A stretch of DNA of 63,580 bases, the filler included, from Trichomonas gallinae (taxonomy: Eukaryota): assembly GCA_008369845.1 (NCBI GenBank). It is 6 parts of 6 records of this genome, joined end to end, with 100 filler letters (N's around TTAATTAATTAA, not from the genome) between each part and the next. Parts side by side here need not be neighbours in the genome. Positions count along the whole stretch, not along the records: positions 22,201 to 35,909 come from MRSU01000466.1; positions 36,010 to 41,328 come from MRSU01000468.1; positions 41,429 to 46,121 come from MRSU01000469.1; 3 more parts are not named here. One strand, written 5' to 3'. The notes under the pieces are model-generated. The model did no database searches. It saw nothing but the letters and a program-made list of their open reading frames with translations, and was not told the DNA's origin. The translations under genes and the position numbers were made by a program. Positions 34,025 through 46,039 of this stretch are shown here, piece by piece; the first letter of the stretch is position 1; every line of letters begins with the position of its first letter.

Positions 34025-35258
34025 ATGAATTCGCCATCTGAGGAACCATTGCCTATTGGAGCTTGTTTAGTCAACAACACTGTCCGCGCGTCCGAGGATT
34101 CACCGGACAACACAAGTGGTGAGCTCATTGTCTACCAGGGGACGCAGTTCACGAGTCCATCGGGAACTATATACACTCTAGTTGATAAAATAGGCGAAGG
34201 CAATTTCGGAAATGTTTACGAGGTTTCGGTGAACACGGAAAATGGATCTAACCAATCTTTCGCAATGAAAATTTCAAAGTCGGAGAGATTCTCATTAGAT
34301 ACGTTTACCTATGAAATTTCCGTACTGCAATACGTATGTACATTTTTGTTCATTATAAAATAACGCGTTAATCGCGTTATTTCATATGAACAATCATTTT
34401 TTATCCACTAACACACAGTTAAATCAGAATATTACTCCTGAAAATCAACACTACATATCAATCCTTCATGACAATTTCACGCAACAAGGCCATAAATTCA
34501 TGATTATCGATCTTGGCGGATCAAATTTATACGACATTTTAGCGAACAGAAACTTCGAGGGCTTCTCTCTGAGCCACATACAGTCAATTGCACGCGATCT
34601 TCTTCACGCATTAATTCAAATACACAGAATTGGAATAATTCACGCTGATATAAAGCCAGAAAATATCATCCAAGCAAATCCATACTCAATACACGTGAAG
34701 CTCATTGATTTCGGCAACTGCCAGACAATAAATAACACGCTTGAAGATTATTATATTACAACAAGATACTACAGAGCTCCGGAAACGTTTTTAGGCCTCG
34801 GAGTAACTCAAAAAATCGATGTCTGGGCACTTGGCTGCGTATTATGCGAACTATTTCTCGGTTTACCAATTTTACCAGCAATGAACGAGTATCATCTGGT
34901 AAGTCTGATTGAGCAAACGATTGGACCTTTCCCGACGAACATGGTCGACAACAGTCCAAAACGCGATCTCATGTTTAATGCTGATTATACAGTAAAATCA
35001 GCCGAGACGATTACACAGGAATATCCAGCGATGTCATTCGAAAGCTTCGAGCCATACTTTATTTATCAGCAGCTCCGCGATATTTTAGAGAACTATCCAA
35101 TCGATAATTCTTTCAATGAAGCAAGAGAAAGACTAGAGATCCTCAGAAGAGAGAAATTCATCAACCTCATCATCCAAATGCTCAAGATTGATCCAGAAGA
35201 CAGACTTTCAGCAGAAGAAGCGCTTCAACATCCATTTATGAGAATGCAGATGGATTAG
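34025..35258 (+). CDS. CMGC kinase (Yak1/DYRK/HIPK-like), two exons 34025-34333 + 34419-35258, 382 aa
   Basis: Exon 1 has GEGNFGNV and AMK. Exon 2 has HADIKPEN, DFG, YITTRYYRAPE and DVWALGC. A phase-0 intron joins the two ORF-track fragments. Confidence 0.93.
34334..34418 (+). other. Spliceosomal intron, 85 nt, canonical Trichomonas type
   Basis: 5' GTATGT at 34334 and fused branch/3' motif ACTAACACACAG at 34407-34418. Removal restores the reading frame. Confidence 0.95.
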
Positions 35259-36009
35259 CAGGCCTTTCTCTAACAATTTAACTACTAAGGAGGGTGTGCT
35301 TATTACTTCAAAACCTTCCGGCCAGTTATCATCACTTATTGGTGTGTGAAAAATCAACGATTTGACATGTAAGATAAAATCTGACATGTAAATTATGTCA
35401 GAAAAATCAATTTTATCAATTAACCATTGACTTTTACTCTTATATGCATGAAGTCGGCTACTCATCTGGATATCAACACGCCATTTCTTAATTTTCGAAA
35501 TTTTGAAAATTTTGAATGATTTAGAGAATCTTCTAATGCTAAGTTTAGCTTCATTCCAAGGAAAATTCAATTCCTCAATAATGATCTCGCTTTAAATTTT
35601 ATAGAAAAAAAAAAAAAAAATAAAATCGATTGATCCTTAAAATAAAGCGGTTGAAATTGATCTTATGTTCATGCTAGAATGTTATTACAATTAATTTGAT
35701 CCAATGTCATGAGAATAATTTAATAAAATTTTATTTTAAAAGATTTTTGCATCATTGACAATAGAAAAACAAGGAGCAATTTCATTAGATATTATATAAT
35801 AATATTTACAAACAATTTATAACAACAAAATAGTAGTATATGATGCGGGCTACTTGTCATTCTAGATATAGAGGATGTATCCCAACAACGATATTTAGAC
35901 TACATATCCNNNNNNNNNNNNNNNNNNNNNNNNNNNNNNNNNNNNNNNNNNNNTTAATTAATTAANNNNNNNNNNNNNNNNNNNNNNNNNNNNNNNNNNN
36001 NNNNNNNNN

Positions 36010-36089
36010 AGCATGCATGACCCCCTACCCATGAATGAAAAATCTATTTTGGTGTCACCCCCTCACTAACTATGTCGGTCGAGCCTTAA
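36010..36089 (-). mobile_element. TTAA-flanked transposon terminus (Kolobok-like) at a contig start
   Basis: A GC-richer stretch ends ...ggtcgagCC-TTAA (reverse complement TTAA-GGCTCGACCG), similar in style to the other TTAA-GG termini. Confidence 0.4.
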
Positions 36090-36962
36090 ATTTCATTTCA
36101 CTTGAATAAATGATATATAGAATGAACTGCAACAGAAGACATATATTTGTTGGCTATATCTTACATATCCATAGCATAAGGATCATCTATTGCATTGTAA
36201 AATATTTTAATAGAAATATAATAACTTCTATGCATTATAATAAGGCTGTAAAAATCAACTCAGCCACAGTGTTTCTGTTTGCAAATCAAACAATATCAAA
36301 AGTCACTTGTATATGAATTTCTATTCGATAGATGGACTCAATAATACTTATACTTTCTAAAATAACATGATATTATCGTAATATTAATGATGTATCTCTT
36401 ATTGATTTGGGCTAATCGAAAACACTATTATCAGCAGTATTTTGTAATTCACATAAATGCTAAAGGTCTTTCAACATGTAATCAGTCTACAATGGAATCA
36501 TTTTCGGAATATCCTCATTTACAAACTAAGATTGTTTTATTTTAGATATATAAGATCCAAATTTTGGTAAACCAAATGTGTAGAACCATTTTGTTTTGTT
36601 ATATATCTCAATCAAGTTTATTTTTACGATTTTGATATTAAATAACTATGAATTATTCTAATGAAGTGTTGTCTAAAAGTATCAATAATATTGTTAATAT
36701 ACTGATTAATTCTTGTATATTGGGACCTTTCTGTCATTAATCAAACAAGAATAAAATATTGAGCTTAATGAATTCAAACTATCTGAGAAAAGCTTTATTT
36801 GTACATGCAAAGAATATAAATTTGTTTAATCACCAAATATTTTTAAGGATATTGTCATAAAAAATAAATTTGATGTTAAAAGAATAGATATTTAATTTAG
36901 TAGATGATGGAACCTGGCTTTGGAAGAGTAAAATTACTAAATTTTGAACATAAAAAAATTAT

Positions 36963-38927
36963 TCAATTATTCGAGAGTTGTCTGGAGGCTCCAACACCGA
37001 AGAATCCACCATTGTTAACATCTTCTTCGAAATCGTTCTTGAATGGGTCATCACTATCGCCGACGACTGATGTTGTCCAGAGCGGGTTATTGTTGGTGAT
37101 TGTTGAGGTATTGGTATCAGGAGCAGTAACAACTGTCTCTTCATTCATTTCGATAGCGGATGTGCTGCTTTTCTCATCTTTCTTCTTAGTGAGGAAGATA
37201 ATAAGTGCAACGAGAGCAATTAGAGCAAGAAGGCCTGCAGCAATGGCAATGAATGTCCAGTAAGGAAGTTTACCATTTGTTATTGGAGCTTCATCCAGCT
37301 TTCCTATTGGTTGATGAACTGTAGGGGTTGGTTGATGAACTGTAGGGGTTGGTTGATGAACTGTACGGATTGGTTGATCTTTAACTTTAGTATAAATTGA
37401 AATGAAAGATGGTTGGTTGTTTTGTTGTGTAACTGAAATCAGGAATGATTGGAATTTGCTGTAAAGTTCTGAATTGCCCTTCGGGAAATCATACATTGGC
37501 AATGGAGGATAAGATGAAGATGTTGCCTGTGGCAATTTGGTGATTGGTGTAGCAACATAGGTGAATGTTGTTGGTTCTGGAACATTGTTAGTTTTAGATT
37601 CTTCGTTACGTTCTCCTTTAACAAATTGAATTTGTGTTTCGTTGTAGGTAGAGGTACTTTCAGTGCCATCAAATGTGCGGCAAGCACTTGCATCAGAGAA
37701 ATTAGTAAATTGTTCAACTTGAATAACGGCTGCGTTTTCTCCCCAGCCTTTGTTGACGCATGAAACTGCCTGTGATACTTTGCCCTGATAGTAAGTATCG
37801 TCATTGTGTCCAGATATGTAATCTTGGTAAGAAATTAATTTGGCCCAGCCTTCAAGAAGGATTTCGTTACCAGCGCCATTTCCAAATGTCTGTCCTGTTG
37901 TTGTTGCGGAATCTGAGTAGAAGCAGCATTCAATTGTGCGAAGGAAGCGACGTTGTGGATTTTGTACTTTGGTGTTCGGAAGAGCGCCTTTCTTTGAGTC
38001 AGAAACGAAGCAGATGGCACCACCACCACGTCCTTTGAAGTGGGTTGGGATCTTTTCGTTCGGGAATGTATTGTCAATTGATTCAGCAGTGTGGCCTGTA
38101 AAATCTGTAGTTCTAGCTAATGTTGCTGCTCTACTGATTGTATCCTTCTCAGCAGCATTAACAGAGTTGAGGCCAAATCTGCAAGCACGAAGATTCATTT
38201 CATCAACATTTGTAGCTGAAATTGCGCCACCTCCGAATGCGCATTTGTTGCTGAGGAATAAGCACTCGTACATATCAACCTCAATAGCAATGGAAACAGC
38301 AAGAACGCCACCGAGTTCTGTTGCTTTATTGTTTGTGAATTTGTTGAACATGCCTAAAAGCTTGACATTTGGTGAAAGTACTAATCCTGAAGCTTGCTCG
38401 TCTTTATCATACGAGCCTTGGAAGTAGATGCAACCACCATATTTATGTGCAACATTTTGTTCGAACGTTGACTTTTCCAATAAAAATGCTGATGATATTG
38501 AGCAAATAGCACCTCCAGCAGCTGCTTGGTTCTGTTGGAAATCAACAGATTTAATATCAAGAACGCACTGGCAGCAGTGGATAGCGCCACCTGAACCGGA
38601 TGACCTACCTGATCCAAACGCGTAACAGCCAACAAACGAAGCTTGGTGAGAATCTGGTGCAGACATTTGCTGAAGTCTACGTGCAGAGTCTGCTTCTGCA
38701 TCTGTTGAATGAATTGTAATTGAGCACATATAATAAGAATGTTCGCGGAATGTATTTGAGAATTGTTTGTTACTTAGATCGACATCTTGATTATAACTTT
38801 GTGAAAAACTTAATTTGTTTTTATTTGCACCTGTCACAAATGAAGGTGTGTCTTCCTTTTCAAGCATCATCCGCTTAACAACCTGGAATTGCCATCCAGA
38901 AGCATAGATAGAGAAGAAGAAAAGCAT
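36963..38927 (-). CDS. Pmp-like (polymorphic membrane protein) surface protein with TM and cytoplasmic tail
   Basis: Repeated GGA(I) and FxxN motifs, a Pro/Thr stalk and a TM segment. The tail carries NPLW and an acidic DPFKNDFEE cluster typical of trichomonad BspA/Pmp tails. Confidence 0.88.
   Translation of the reverse strand: MLFFFSIYASGWQFQVVKRMMLEKEDTPSFVTGANKNKLSFSQSYNQDVDLSNKQFSNTFREHSYYMCSITIHSTDAEADSARRLQQMSAPDSHQASFVGCYAFGSGRSSGSGGAIHCCQCVLDIKSVDFQQNQAAAGGAICSISSAFLLEKSTFEQNVAHKYGGCIYFQGSYDKDEQASGLVLSPNVKLLGMFNKFTNNKATELGGVLAVSIAIEVDMYECLFLSNKCAFGGGAISATNVDEMNLRACRFGLNSVNAAEKDTISRAATLARTTDFTGHTAESIDNTFPNEKIPTHFKGRGGGAICFVSDSKKGALPNTKVQNPQRRFLRTIECCFYSDSATTTGQTFGNGAGNEILLEGWAKLISYQDYISGHNDDTYYQGKVSQAVSCVNKGWGENAAVIQVEQFTNFSDASACRTFDGTESTSTYNETQIQFVKGERNEESKTNNVPEPTTFTYVATPITKLPQATSSSYPPLPMYDFPKGNSELYSKFQSFLISVTQQNNQPSFISIYTKVKDQPIRTVHQPTPTVHQPTPTVHQPIGKLDEAPITNGKLPYWTFIAIAAGLLALIALVALIIFLTKKKDEKSSTSAIEMNEETVVTAPDTNTSTITNNNPLWTTSVVGDSDDPFKNDFEEDVNNGGFFGVGASRQLSNN
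37307..37365. repeat. 21-bp coding tandem repeat x2.8 (TVHQPTP)
   Basis: ttggttgatgaactgtagggg repeated at 37307, 37328 and partially at 37349. Confidence 0.9.
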
Positions 38928-39499
38928 TTAACTTTTTTGAATACTTTTTTTCGGTTTTTTTCATTATGAATATTCATATGACAATAAATATGGGAGTATT
39001 TTGATGTAAAATCATAAAATACGATTTTGATACATAAAAAACTGACAGTTGATCATCTTATAAACATATAAATAATAATAATATATGATTTTAAAATTGA
39101 TGGGTTAAAAATTGTGATGTTTACATTTATTTTGTGAATTTTACCTTTTGATTTTGAAAGACTCTAACAAAAAAAAATTGAGAAACTTTCATGGTTAGAT
39201 TAAAAACTATTTTGTTTGGTTTTTTATTTCATCAGGAAATATATCGATGTCATTTTTTGGATTTGAGATGTATTACGGGCGCAAACGCACTCTTAAAAAT
39301 ATATCAAAACTATCATAATCATGCATATGATTATTTTTCATTTTTTGGATTTGAAGTGAAAATAATCGTATGATGATAATAAGATTTATTTTAATCATTA
39401 ATTTTTTGAGCGCACATCATTTTATATTGTATTATTATTCTAAAATTACCTTTTTCTATATTTTCGAAAAAAAAATGAAATTCTTGAATTCAAATTTGA

Positions 39500-39990
39500 A
39501 TCCGTCTCTTTTTCTTAGTGTTACAACTTTGGAAGATATTTTGGTTTCTGGAAATAAAAAAAGGTTTTTGGATAAACTTCTGGAAATAATTTTTGGAAGG
39601 AAAAACAAGAAAAATCCTTGCGCCAAAAGCGTCACTTTTAGCGCCAAACGAGATCCCTATATTAACTATAAGTGTTAGCATTGCTATGCATGTATAATAC
39701 ACAGTTAAATTCATGGTTTTCTCAAGCTATTCTGTCAAAATTATTTATAAAAAAAAATAGAAAAAGAGGCGGTTGTAATTCGAATCTGAATGAATCAAGA
39801 ATGGAATTTTTGCTAGCAAATATGCTCGCCAAACAACATTGATATTTAGTAAGGATGTCGTTTTGGAAGATAATTATGACTTTGGAAGAACAAAATTTTG
39901 TTTTACAACAATAATCGTCGCTTGGAAGATTGGTTTTTAGGCGTTTTTGCATTTTCCTAAGGTTCTTCCAAAGTGACATCCTTATATTTA
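39500..39990. repeat. Non-coding region with clustered TTGGAAG short repeats, probable decayed transposon
   Basis: TTGGAAG(A) near 39529, 39593, 39863, 39882 and 39922, with an inverted copy near 39964. GCGCCAAA is also repeated. Confidence 0.35.
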
Positions 39991-41641
39991 GTGATCGGAT
40001 AATAATCTATATGTGTGATATGTATTAAATATGTATTAAATTTCATAAATCTTGTTATGCAAGCAAAATTATCTGTTTTTCCCACTCTTATAGAAGTACA
40101 CATTGTACAGGTATAACCATTTATAACATACACTTATATGTATTCGATATGTGAATTATTAATAGTACGAATAGCATCTTATTGCAAATTATTGATTCAA
40201 AATTAATATTCATCATTGATATTTTAACTATAATTCTTTCTATTTTGCCTAGTCACTGTATAAATTGAAATGTGCTTAAATCATACTACCAATTTCAAGC
40301 TATTTGCTCAGATGAAACATCGAAAAACATAAAATTCATGTGTTACAAAACTAAAACGCAATACTCAATGCGAACAAGATGAAATATATTTTATTTTGTA
40401 TGAATTCTGTTCTAAAATCAACATGGATTGAAGAATGAAATGCTGTGGTATGTTTAATGAAAGTATAATGGTAAGCTAAATATCTCAAAGTAAAAAGTAA
40501 ACGGAAAAATTTTAATATCGATTTTTTTTTTCTGCCGATGGAATACCTTGAATACTTTGTATGAAGCTTATAGAGGCATACTAGAGTTTCAAAATCATTC
40601 TCTTAATGCATTTTACAGTCCTAATTTTTATAAATAATATTTAAAAATTAGGATAGTATTTGATTGCTTAATATAGTATTCTATGGCAGAAAAAGATCGT
40701 ACCCCGAACCTCAAGGAAAACAATGAGTTTCGAAATTAAATTAATATTTCTCGCCGAACACTCAATTATACATAATGATCATACTTATTCAGATGCAGGT
40801 CAGAGTACTCTATGGGATTACAACAGGAGGTTCCCAAAAGAATATTCCTGTGGTGCAATAGAGTCACTTGAATGACACCGATAGGATTTTAACGTCATTT
40901 CTATCGTCGTTTCTACACCTCTTTCTAAATCTTGTCATTTAATCACTTTTATGGCGAGTATTTTCGATTTCAAAAAAAAAGTGTTTCAACTCGCTTTCTG
41001 GCTTTGTGATGGGATTTGAGATCCCAAAGTTATTAAGTATCATTTTTATGTCCATCTGATTAATATATGTAAGTTTCGGTTTAATTTGAAGAAATAAATT
41101 AATAATCAAAAATATTTTTGTAATTTCCATCAAATGCACATTCCATAAGAGGGATTTTTAATTGTAAACACGTATAAGTAGCTGTACTCTCAGTAAATTA
41201 GTGGAAAAAGAAAAAAAAAAAATAGGTCGACTTGACATATTTTAAAGATTTTAACTTAAAAATCAAAACTAGGTAACAGTATATGCAATTTACACTATAA
41301 TATTATGAAATAAAAACCAAGAAATCGGNNNNNNNNNNNNNNNNNNNNNNNNNNNNNNNNNNNNNNNNNNNNTTAATTAATTAANNNNNNNNNNNNNNNN
41401 NNNNNNNNNNNNNNNNNNNNNNNNNNNNAGTGCTAACTGGGAGCCCATTTTTGGTACCTTTATGTGACCTTTCGTTTCAGACCTGACTTTTGAAAATCAG
41501 TTTAGCATGTAGATTCTATATTTCATACTTTTTGTATTTTTTTTGATCCGCCGTAACACTTCTAAATATAAAAACAGTGCAAATCGGGTATAACTATAAT
41601 TTGGTGTTTAAAAATGTTACTAATAATTAAAAGAAATTTAC

Positions 41642-44600
41642 TTAATTTCCGGTGATTACAAGAGTCTTAGTAATTTCGTTGGAATCCAAGCCTTCGGAAT
41701 CCTTAATAAGGAATGTTACATCAACTGCTCCAACTTTTGCATCACTTGGAACTTGCCAATGGAAAGCAATTGGATAATCTTCGCCTGGGGTTGGATTAGC
41801 ATCAAGATGGTGAACCGGAGTTGCAGGATAATCGGAGCCAGATATTTTGACGAAAATATTGATGAAATCGTTTTGCTTATCATTAAGAACAGCATAAGCA
41901 AGAATGCGAGAATTCTTGCTAGCAGACTTTCTGGAAAGACCAGCCTGAATGAGTTTAGGAGGACTGTAAACATTCAAGTTAAAATGATGTGTGAAATTAT
42001 TTGAAACTGCCAAATTATCAACAGCATAGACAACTATTCCCCACTTCTCATCGGATGGATAGATCTTATTGAAATCGATTTCATAATAAAAACTATTATT
42101 TGTTTTTGGAGTGATAGACTTTTCTTCAAGGGTTATCTCGGCACTTAAAATTTCATCACTTGAGCCTTTAATAAATCTATAGCAAATTTTAACTTTATGT
42201 GCATTGTCATCATAAACTGTACCATTAATTTTGATTTTTTCCTTGTTATGATAATATGATTTGAATTGATTTTTATCCAAAGTTAATACTGGGCTTCCAG
42301 AAATTGAAACTGATTTCTGAATTAGATTAGATGGGAAACCAGTTGATGCATCTTTTTCATCGACATAAATATATAGAACATATCTTTGTTCTTTGGTTGA
42401 AAAATTCATTTTCTTAATTAAGAAATTATTATTTGTGGTAGTCCAACTATCAGTGTAATAGTTTTTGTTTTCGAAAATATATAGATTTAATTTCTCATTT
42501 GGTTCAGCGTCCCTAATTGAAATGTTAATGAATGCTTCTTCGTCAGGTGAGTATGAATCCTTCCAATTTGTATAATCAATTAATCTTGGTGGAGTCTTTA
42601 CATTATCATGCGCAGCAAAAGCAAGAATGAATGATACTTCTTTTTGGGCTGGAATCACTTGTGACATCCAAGAAACTGCGTATGCAGAATTAGCTTGACC
42701 AGTTTCTGTTTTAGTTGTGTTAAAGAATGGAATATCATCTAATCGGATCTCATTATTATTTGGACGCTGAAGATTATTAGTTATAAATGTTCTAGTAACA
42801 GGAGGATTGCTAAAGTAGTCCTGTGTGAAAACTGTGTAACGGACTTTGTTTTTCTCGCTAGATACAACAATGCCTCTTCCATCTTCTCTAGATATGATTG
42901 GAGAGTTGTCATCGTCGGAGAAGTCTGAGTCAGCAAAGAGGCTGAGTTCAAACAACCTTGGGAAGAATCCTTCGTTTCTGACTATGATTTTAGTCTCTAA
43001 AAACTTGGTGTCTTCGTTAGAAACAATTTCATAACGTACGACAAAGTCATCAAATTTTGCTAAATGCTCCTTATTCTTCTTGAAATAGTATTGACCAAGA
43101 CGTGAAGAAAGTTTGGTATCATTGAATGTACGGACTGCACAAAAGAATCCTTCATCATTGAAGGTCATCTTCCTAGGGAAGCCATCTATATCTTGATATT
43201 TGAGGTTGAATAATGCATTGGTATCAGCTTTAAGATCATCTGATGCATCAATGATTTTACCAATTAAATCTGGAGACTGGGGAGCCGAAGGATTCCAAAC
43301 GATCATTGGCAAAGTCCTATTTTCTTCTGACATATGATCATTAATATCCTTAGCATAGAATGATATATTATAATGTCCAACTTCTTTACTGGGGAATTCA
43401 AAGAAGAAGGCAAATGGTGTTTTAGATTTAGTTGCTGTAACATTTCCAAGTTCTTTGTCAGGCAAACCGGGGAGTTTAGCGAAAATTCTAATAAGATCAC
43501 CTTCGTTTGGATCTGTTGCTTCACCAAATACAACAACTTTTGTGGTTTTGCCATTTTCGACTTTCTCGGTTGAAACATAGATATCTGTGATTGTTGGCTT
43601 GTTAACAGAACTGCTGTATTTGAATGGCAAATCATTGATGAATGAATTCTTACCCAAATTATCTGTGGCCCAGAAATGTAATATGTGCGGCTTATTAAGT
43701 TCAAGTTTTGATGGAATTTGAATGTTCATGGTAAGATGAAGTTTGTTGTCTGGTGCTGATGTATCTTTATTTTCTGAAGTTACTATTTCCATATCATCGA
43801 ACTGATAAGAAACATTAGCGGAATTTTCGTCGTCAATTTCATATTCTATATATATAATTTTGTCTTTTTCGGTATATTCGGGCAATGGAAGTGTTAATAC
43901 ATTGCATATTGGTGGTTGAACTCCGTCCAAAAGCAATTGTGTATCTGGAGTTGTGCTGGAGTTAGCTCCATCTGAGTCACTAGCATAAGCATTGTACTTG
44001 AAAAATCCATCATCATTAAAAGTTCTTTCGCATGTAACAGTTCCCGATGTATGTGAATTACCATCACTTTGGAACTCACCACATTTGAAAGATGTTTTTT
44101 GAATAAGATCGTTAACCATTACGGTAACCTTCTGATTGTCTAACTCTGTAACTTGAAACTTTAGCGTAAATTTCTGATTAAGTTTTTCCTTAGGTGTAAG
44201 ATCTTTAATAGTTGGAGCAACATTACCCATAGATTCACCAACAATAACTTTGAAACCTAGCTTTATGAATCTTCCTTCCAGTGATTTTCTGTTTTTCCAC
44301 GAGAAAGCAAGAGCAGAGTCTTGATTATCTTGAGTTGAACTGGGGAATTCACTTTTCAACATGAGGTTCGCTATATCTGTTTGTAATTCACTAGAAGAAG
44401 CGGATCCTGTGTAAATTGAATCCACATCACTTGATTGATTATCATCAAATGTCTTATATAAGTTTCCCTTTAAATTAAACGTCATTGGTCTTGTAGTACT
44501 TTGGAATGCAACACCATTTCCATTGAATTTTTTGATTAATTTAACATTATCAGACTGGGTGTCAAAATCTGCATCACAATAAACACCAAGATCAAAATCC

Positions 44601-44920
44601 CAGGCAGGACCTCTAGGATTTGTTATTGTTAAGTAAACATCAATACTTCCACCCTTCGAATCTTGTTGACCAGCAACAGAAATTTCATGATCAGAACTAT
44701 ATGATCCAATTTTACCCATGTCTTTAAGAACTTCCCATCCTTGAGGGCTGCCATTACTGATTTTACGGAAGTAAACATAATATCCTTTATTGTTAGTTGT
44801 AGAAATTTGGGAACCACTATCATCTTCGTAGACAATATCGAATGCATACTTGCCACTAGTTTTAGGCTTAACTAATCGAATATTTGCACATAACGCTTGG
44901 TAGAGAAAATGTACAAACAT
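41642..44920 (-). CDS. Bap-like secreted/surface protein with Ig-like repeats
   Basis: Signal-like MFVHFLYQALCA at 44920. Repeated [YW]AxD.. turns (YASDSDG, WATDNLG, YAKDIND, YAVDN). A duplicated N-terminal module (YCDADFD / FADSDFS). Confidence 0.75.
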   Translation of the reverse strand: MFVHFLYQALCANIRLVKPKTSGKYAFDIVYEDDSGSQISTTNNKGYYVYFRKISNGSPQGWEVLKDMGKIGSYSSDHEISVAGQQDSKGGSIDVYLTITNPRGPAWDFDLGVYCDADFDTQSDNVKLIKKFNGNGVAFQSTTRPMTFNLKGNLYKTFDDNQSSDVDSIYTGSASSSELQTDIANLMLKSEFPSSTQDNQDSALAFSWKNRKSLEGRFIKLGFKVIVGESMGNVAPTIKDLTPKEKLNQKFTLKFQVTELDNQKVTVMVNDLIQKTSFKCGEFQSDGNSHTSGTVTCERTFNDDGFFKYNAYASDSDGANSSTTPDTQLLLDGVQPPICNVLTLPLPEYTEKDKIIYIEYEIDDENSANVSYQFDDMEIVTSENKDTSAPDNKLHLTMNIQIPSKLELNKPHILHFWATDNLGKNSFINDLPFKYSSSVNKPTITDIYVSTEKVENGKTTKVVVFGEATDPNEGDLIRIFAKLPGLPDKELGNVTATKSKTPFAFFFEFPSKEVGHYNISFYAKDINDHMSEENRTLPMIVWNPSAPQSPDLIGKIIDASDDLKADTNALFNLKYQDIDGFPRKMTFNDEGFFCAVRTFNDTKLSSRLGQYYFKKNKEHLAKFDDFVVRYEIVSNEDTKFLETKIIVRNEGFFPRLFELSLFADSDFSDDDNSPIISREDGRGIVVSSEKNKVRYTVFTQDYFSNPPVTRTFITNNLQRPNNNEIRLDDIPFFNTTKTETGQANSAYAVSWMSQVIPAQKEVSFILAFAAHDNVKTPPRLIDYTNWKDSYSPDEEAFINISIRDAEPNEKLNLYIFENKNYYTDSWTTTNNNFLIKKMNFSTKEQRYVLYIYVDEKDASTGFPSNLIQKSVSISGSPVLTLDKNQFKSYYHNKEKIKINGTVYDDNAHKVKICYRFIKGSSDEILSAEITLEEKSITPKTNNSFYYEIDFNKIYPSDEKWGIVVYAVDNLAVSNNFTHHFNLNVYSPPKLIQAGLSRKSASKNSRILAYAVLNDKQNDFINIFVKISGSDYPATPVHHLDANPTPGEDYPIAFHWQVPSDAKVGAVDVTFLIKDSEGLDSNEITKTLVITGN

Positions 44921-45744
44921 GAAAAATGTTTTTGAATTAGTTTGAGACCTTAAAAAATTCAATGGATTAAACAATATTTGAGTTAACTCAAGAGTGATAT
45001 GGTTAATAGTATTCCGAAAATGCGATATATATATATTCGTCGCTTTTATATATTTGAAAAGAGAAACCCGTTATTATTTTGAATTTACTTTTGTTAACAA
45101 TTAAGAATTGTTATAAATGATCGATAGAATAGAAATAGAATTTACAACTGCATCATATAAATTTTGATCAAATGCATTTTTTTATGATAAGTACATATAA
45201 TCAACTATATATATATAGAAATGAAATATCAATAAATGAAATATTGCACCGATGCGAATATTTCAAATGAAATGAACTTTCTTAGCGTTCGAGAAAACAC
45301 ATTATAGATGTTTAAAAGTCAATTTCTAAATGGCAAATTAATTTAATGGTAAACTTCGTTTCAAAATGCTTATTTTTAGCAGTAAAAACTTTCAAAAAGA
45401 CTTGGATCAGGCTTAACCAAACTTTTCCAGTGTCAAGCATGAGTTATAAACAATTATGCCAGTTATCGTCTGGCATTTTTATTTTGCAGTCTTATTTTGC
45501 ATTCATTGCATTATTACATTAGGTTAAGTTGCACTATTATGAGGTTTTTTTAGTACAACTTCATAATAGTCATTCTGAAGAGCTTTTTGCCAAAAATTGA
45601 GAATTTTTTCCGACCATCATAAAACGTGATAACCTTAAAGTTAACCCATAGTTTGTCGAAATTACTTCGGGTGATTATAACCAAAGGTGTGGACACCAAA
45701 AATCCGATCTTCGTCAAAAATTCTTTTTGATTTTTTAAAAATTC

Positions 45745-45950
45745 TTAAGGAGCCGTTCTAATGATTTTTTGTAAACTTTACAACGGAAGTAATTTTGCAT
45801 TTTTGCACCTAAACTGCGTTCCAAAAGTCAGGTTCGGCCAAAAATTTGATAGCTCTCATAGAATAATTCAATGAGTAGAATTGAAAAATTGTCACTTTTC
45901 AGACCTTACTTATGAAACAGCATAGGGTTTTACTAGTTATCAACTTATTA
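45745..45950 (+). mobile_element. TTAA-flanked Kolobok-like element end, copy A
   Basis: 45745-45811 matches 51592-51658 at 60/67 nt, both starting TTAA-GG. 45807-45835 resembles the reverse complement of ~41481-41506. Confidence 0.6.
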
Positions 45951-46039
45951 TAACTCTAATACACGTTCGTTAATCGCGCTGCAAAGTACGAATGAACAAA
46001 CTCAAACGTGCAAGTCAGCATGTGTAACATTGACAAAAA

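Noticed and set aside
33732..34028. Short AT-rich ORFs (33732-34028, 19839-20105, 26677-26967, 28472-28738, 39191-39979, 55038-55319)
   Set aside because: Intergenic composition (Phe/Ile/Lys-rich) overlapping promoter or repeat sequence, with no recognisable domains.
35259..35350. Spliceosomal snRNA, SRP RNA or RNase P RNA
   Set aside because: Only short partial resemblances (GGCCTTT, CCGGAAGG). No Sm site, ACAGAGA box or full conserved regions.
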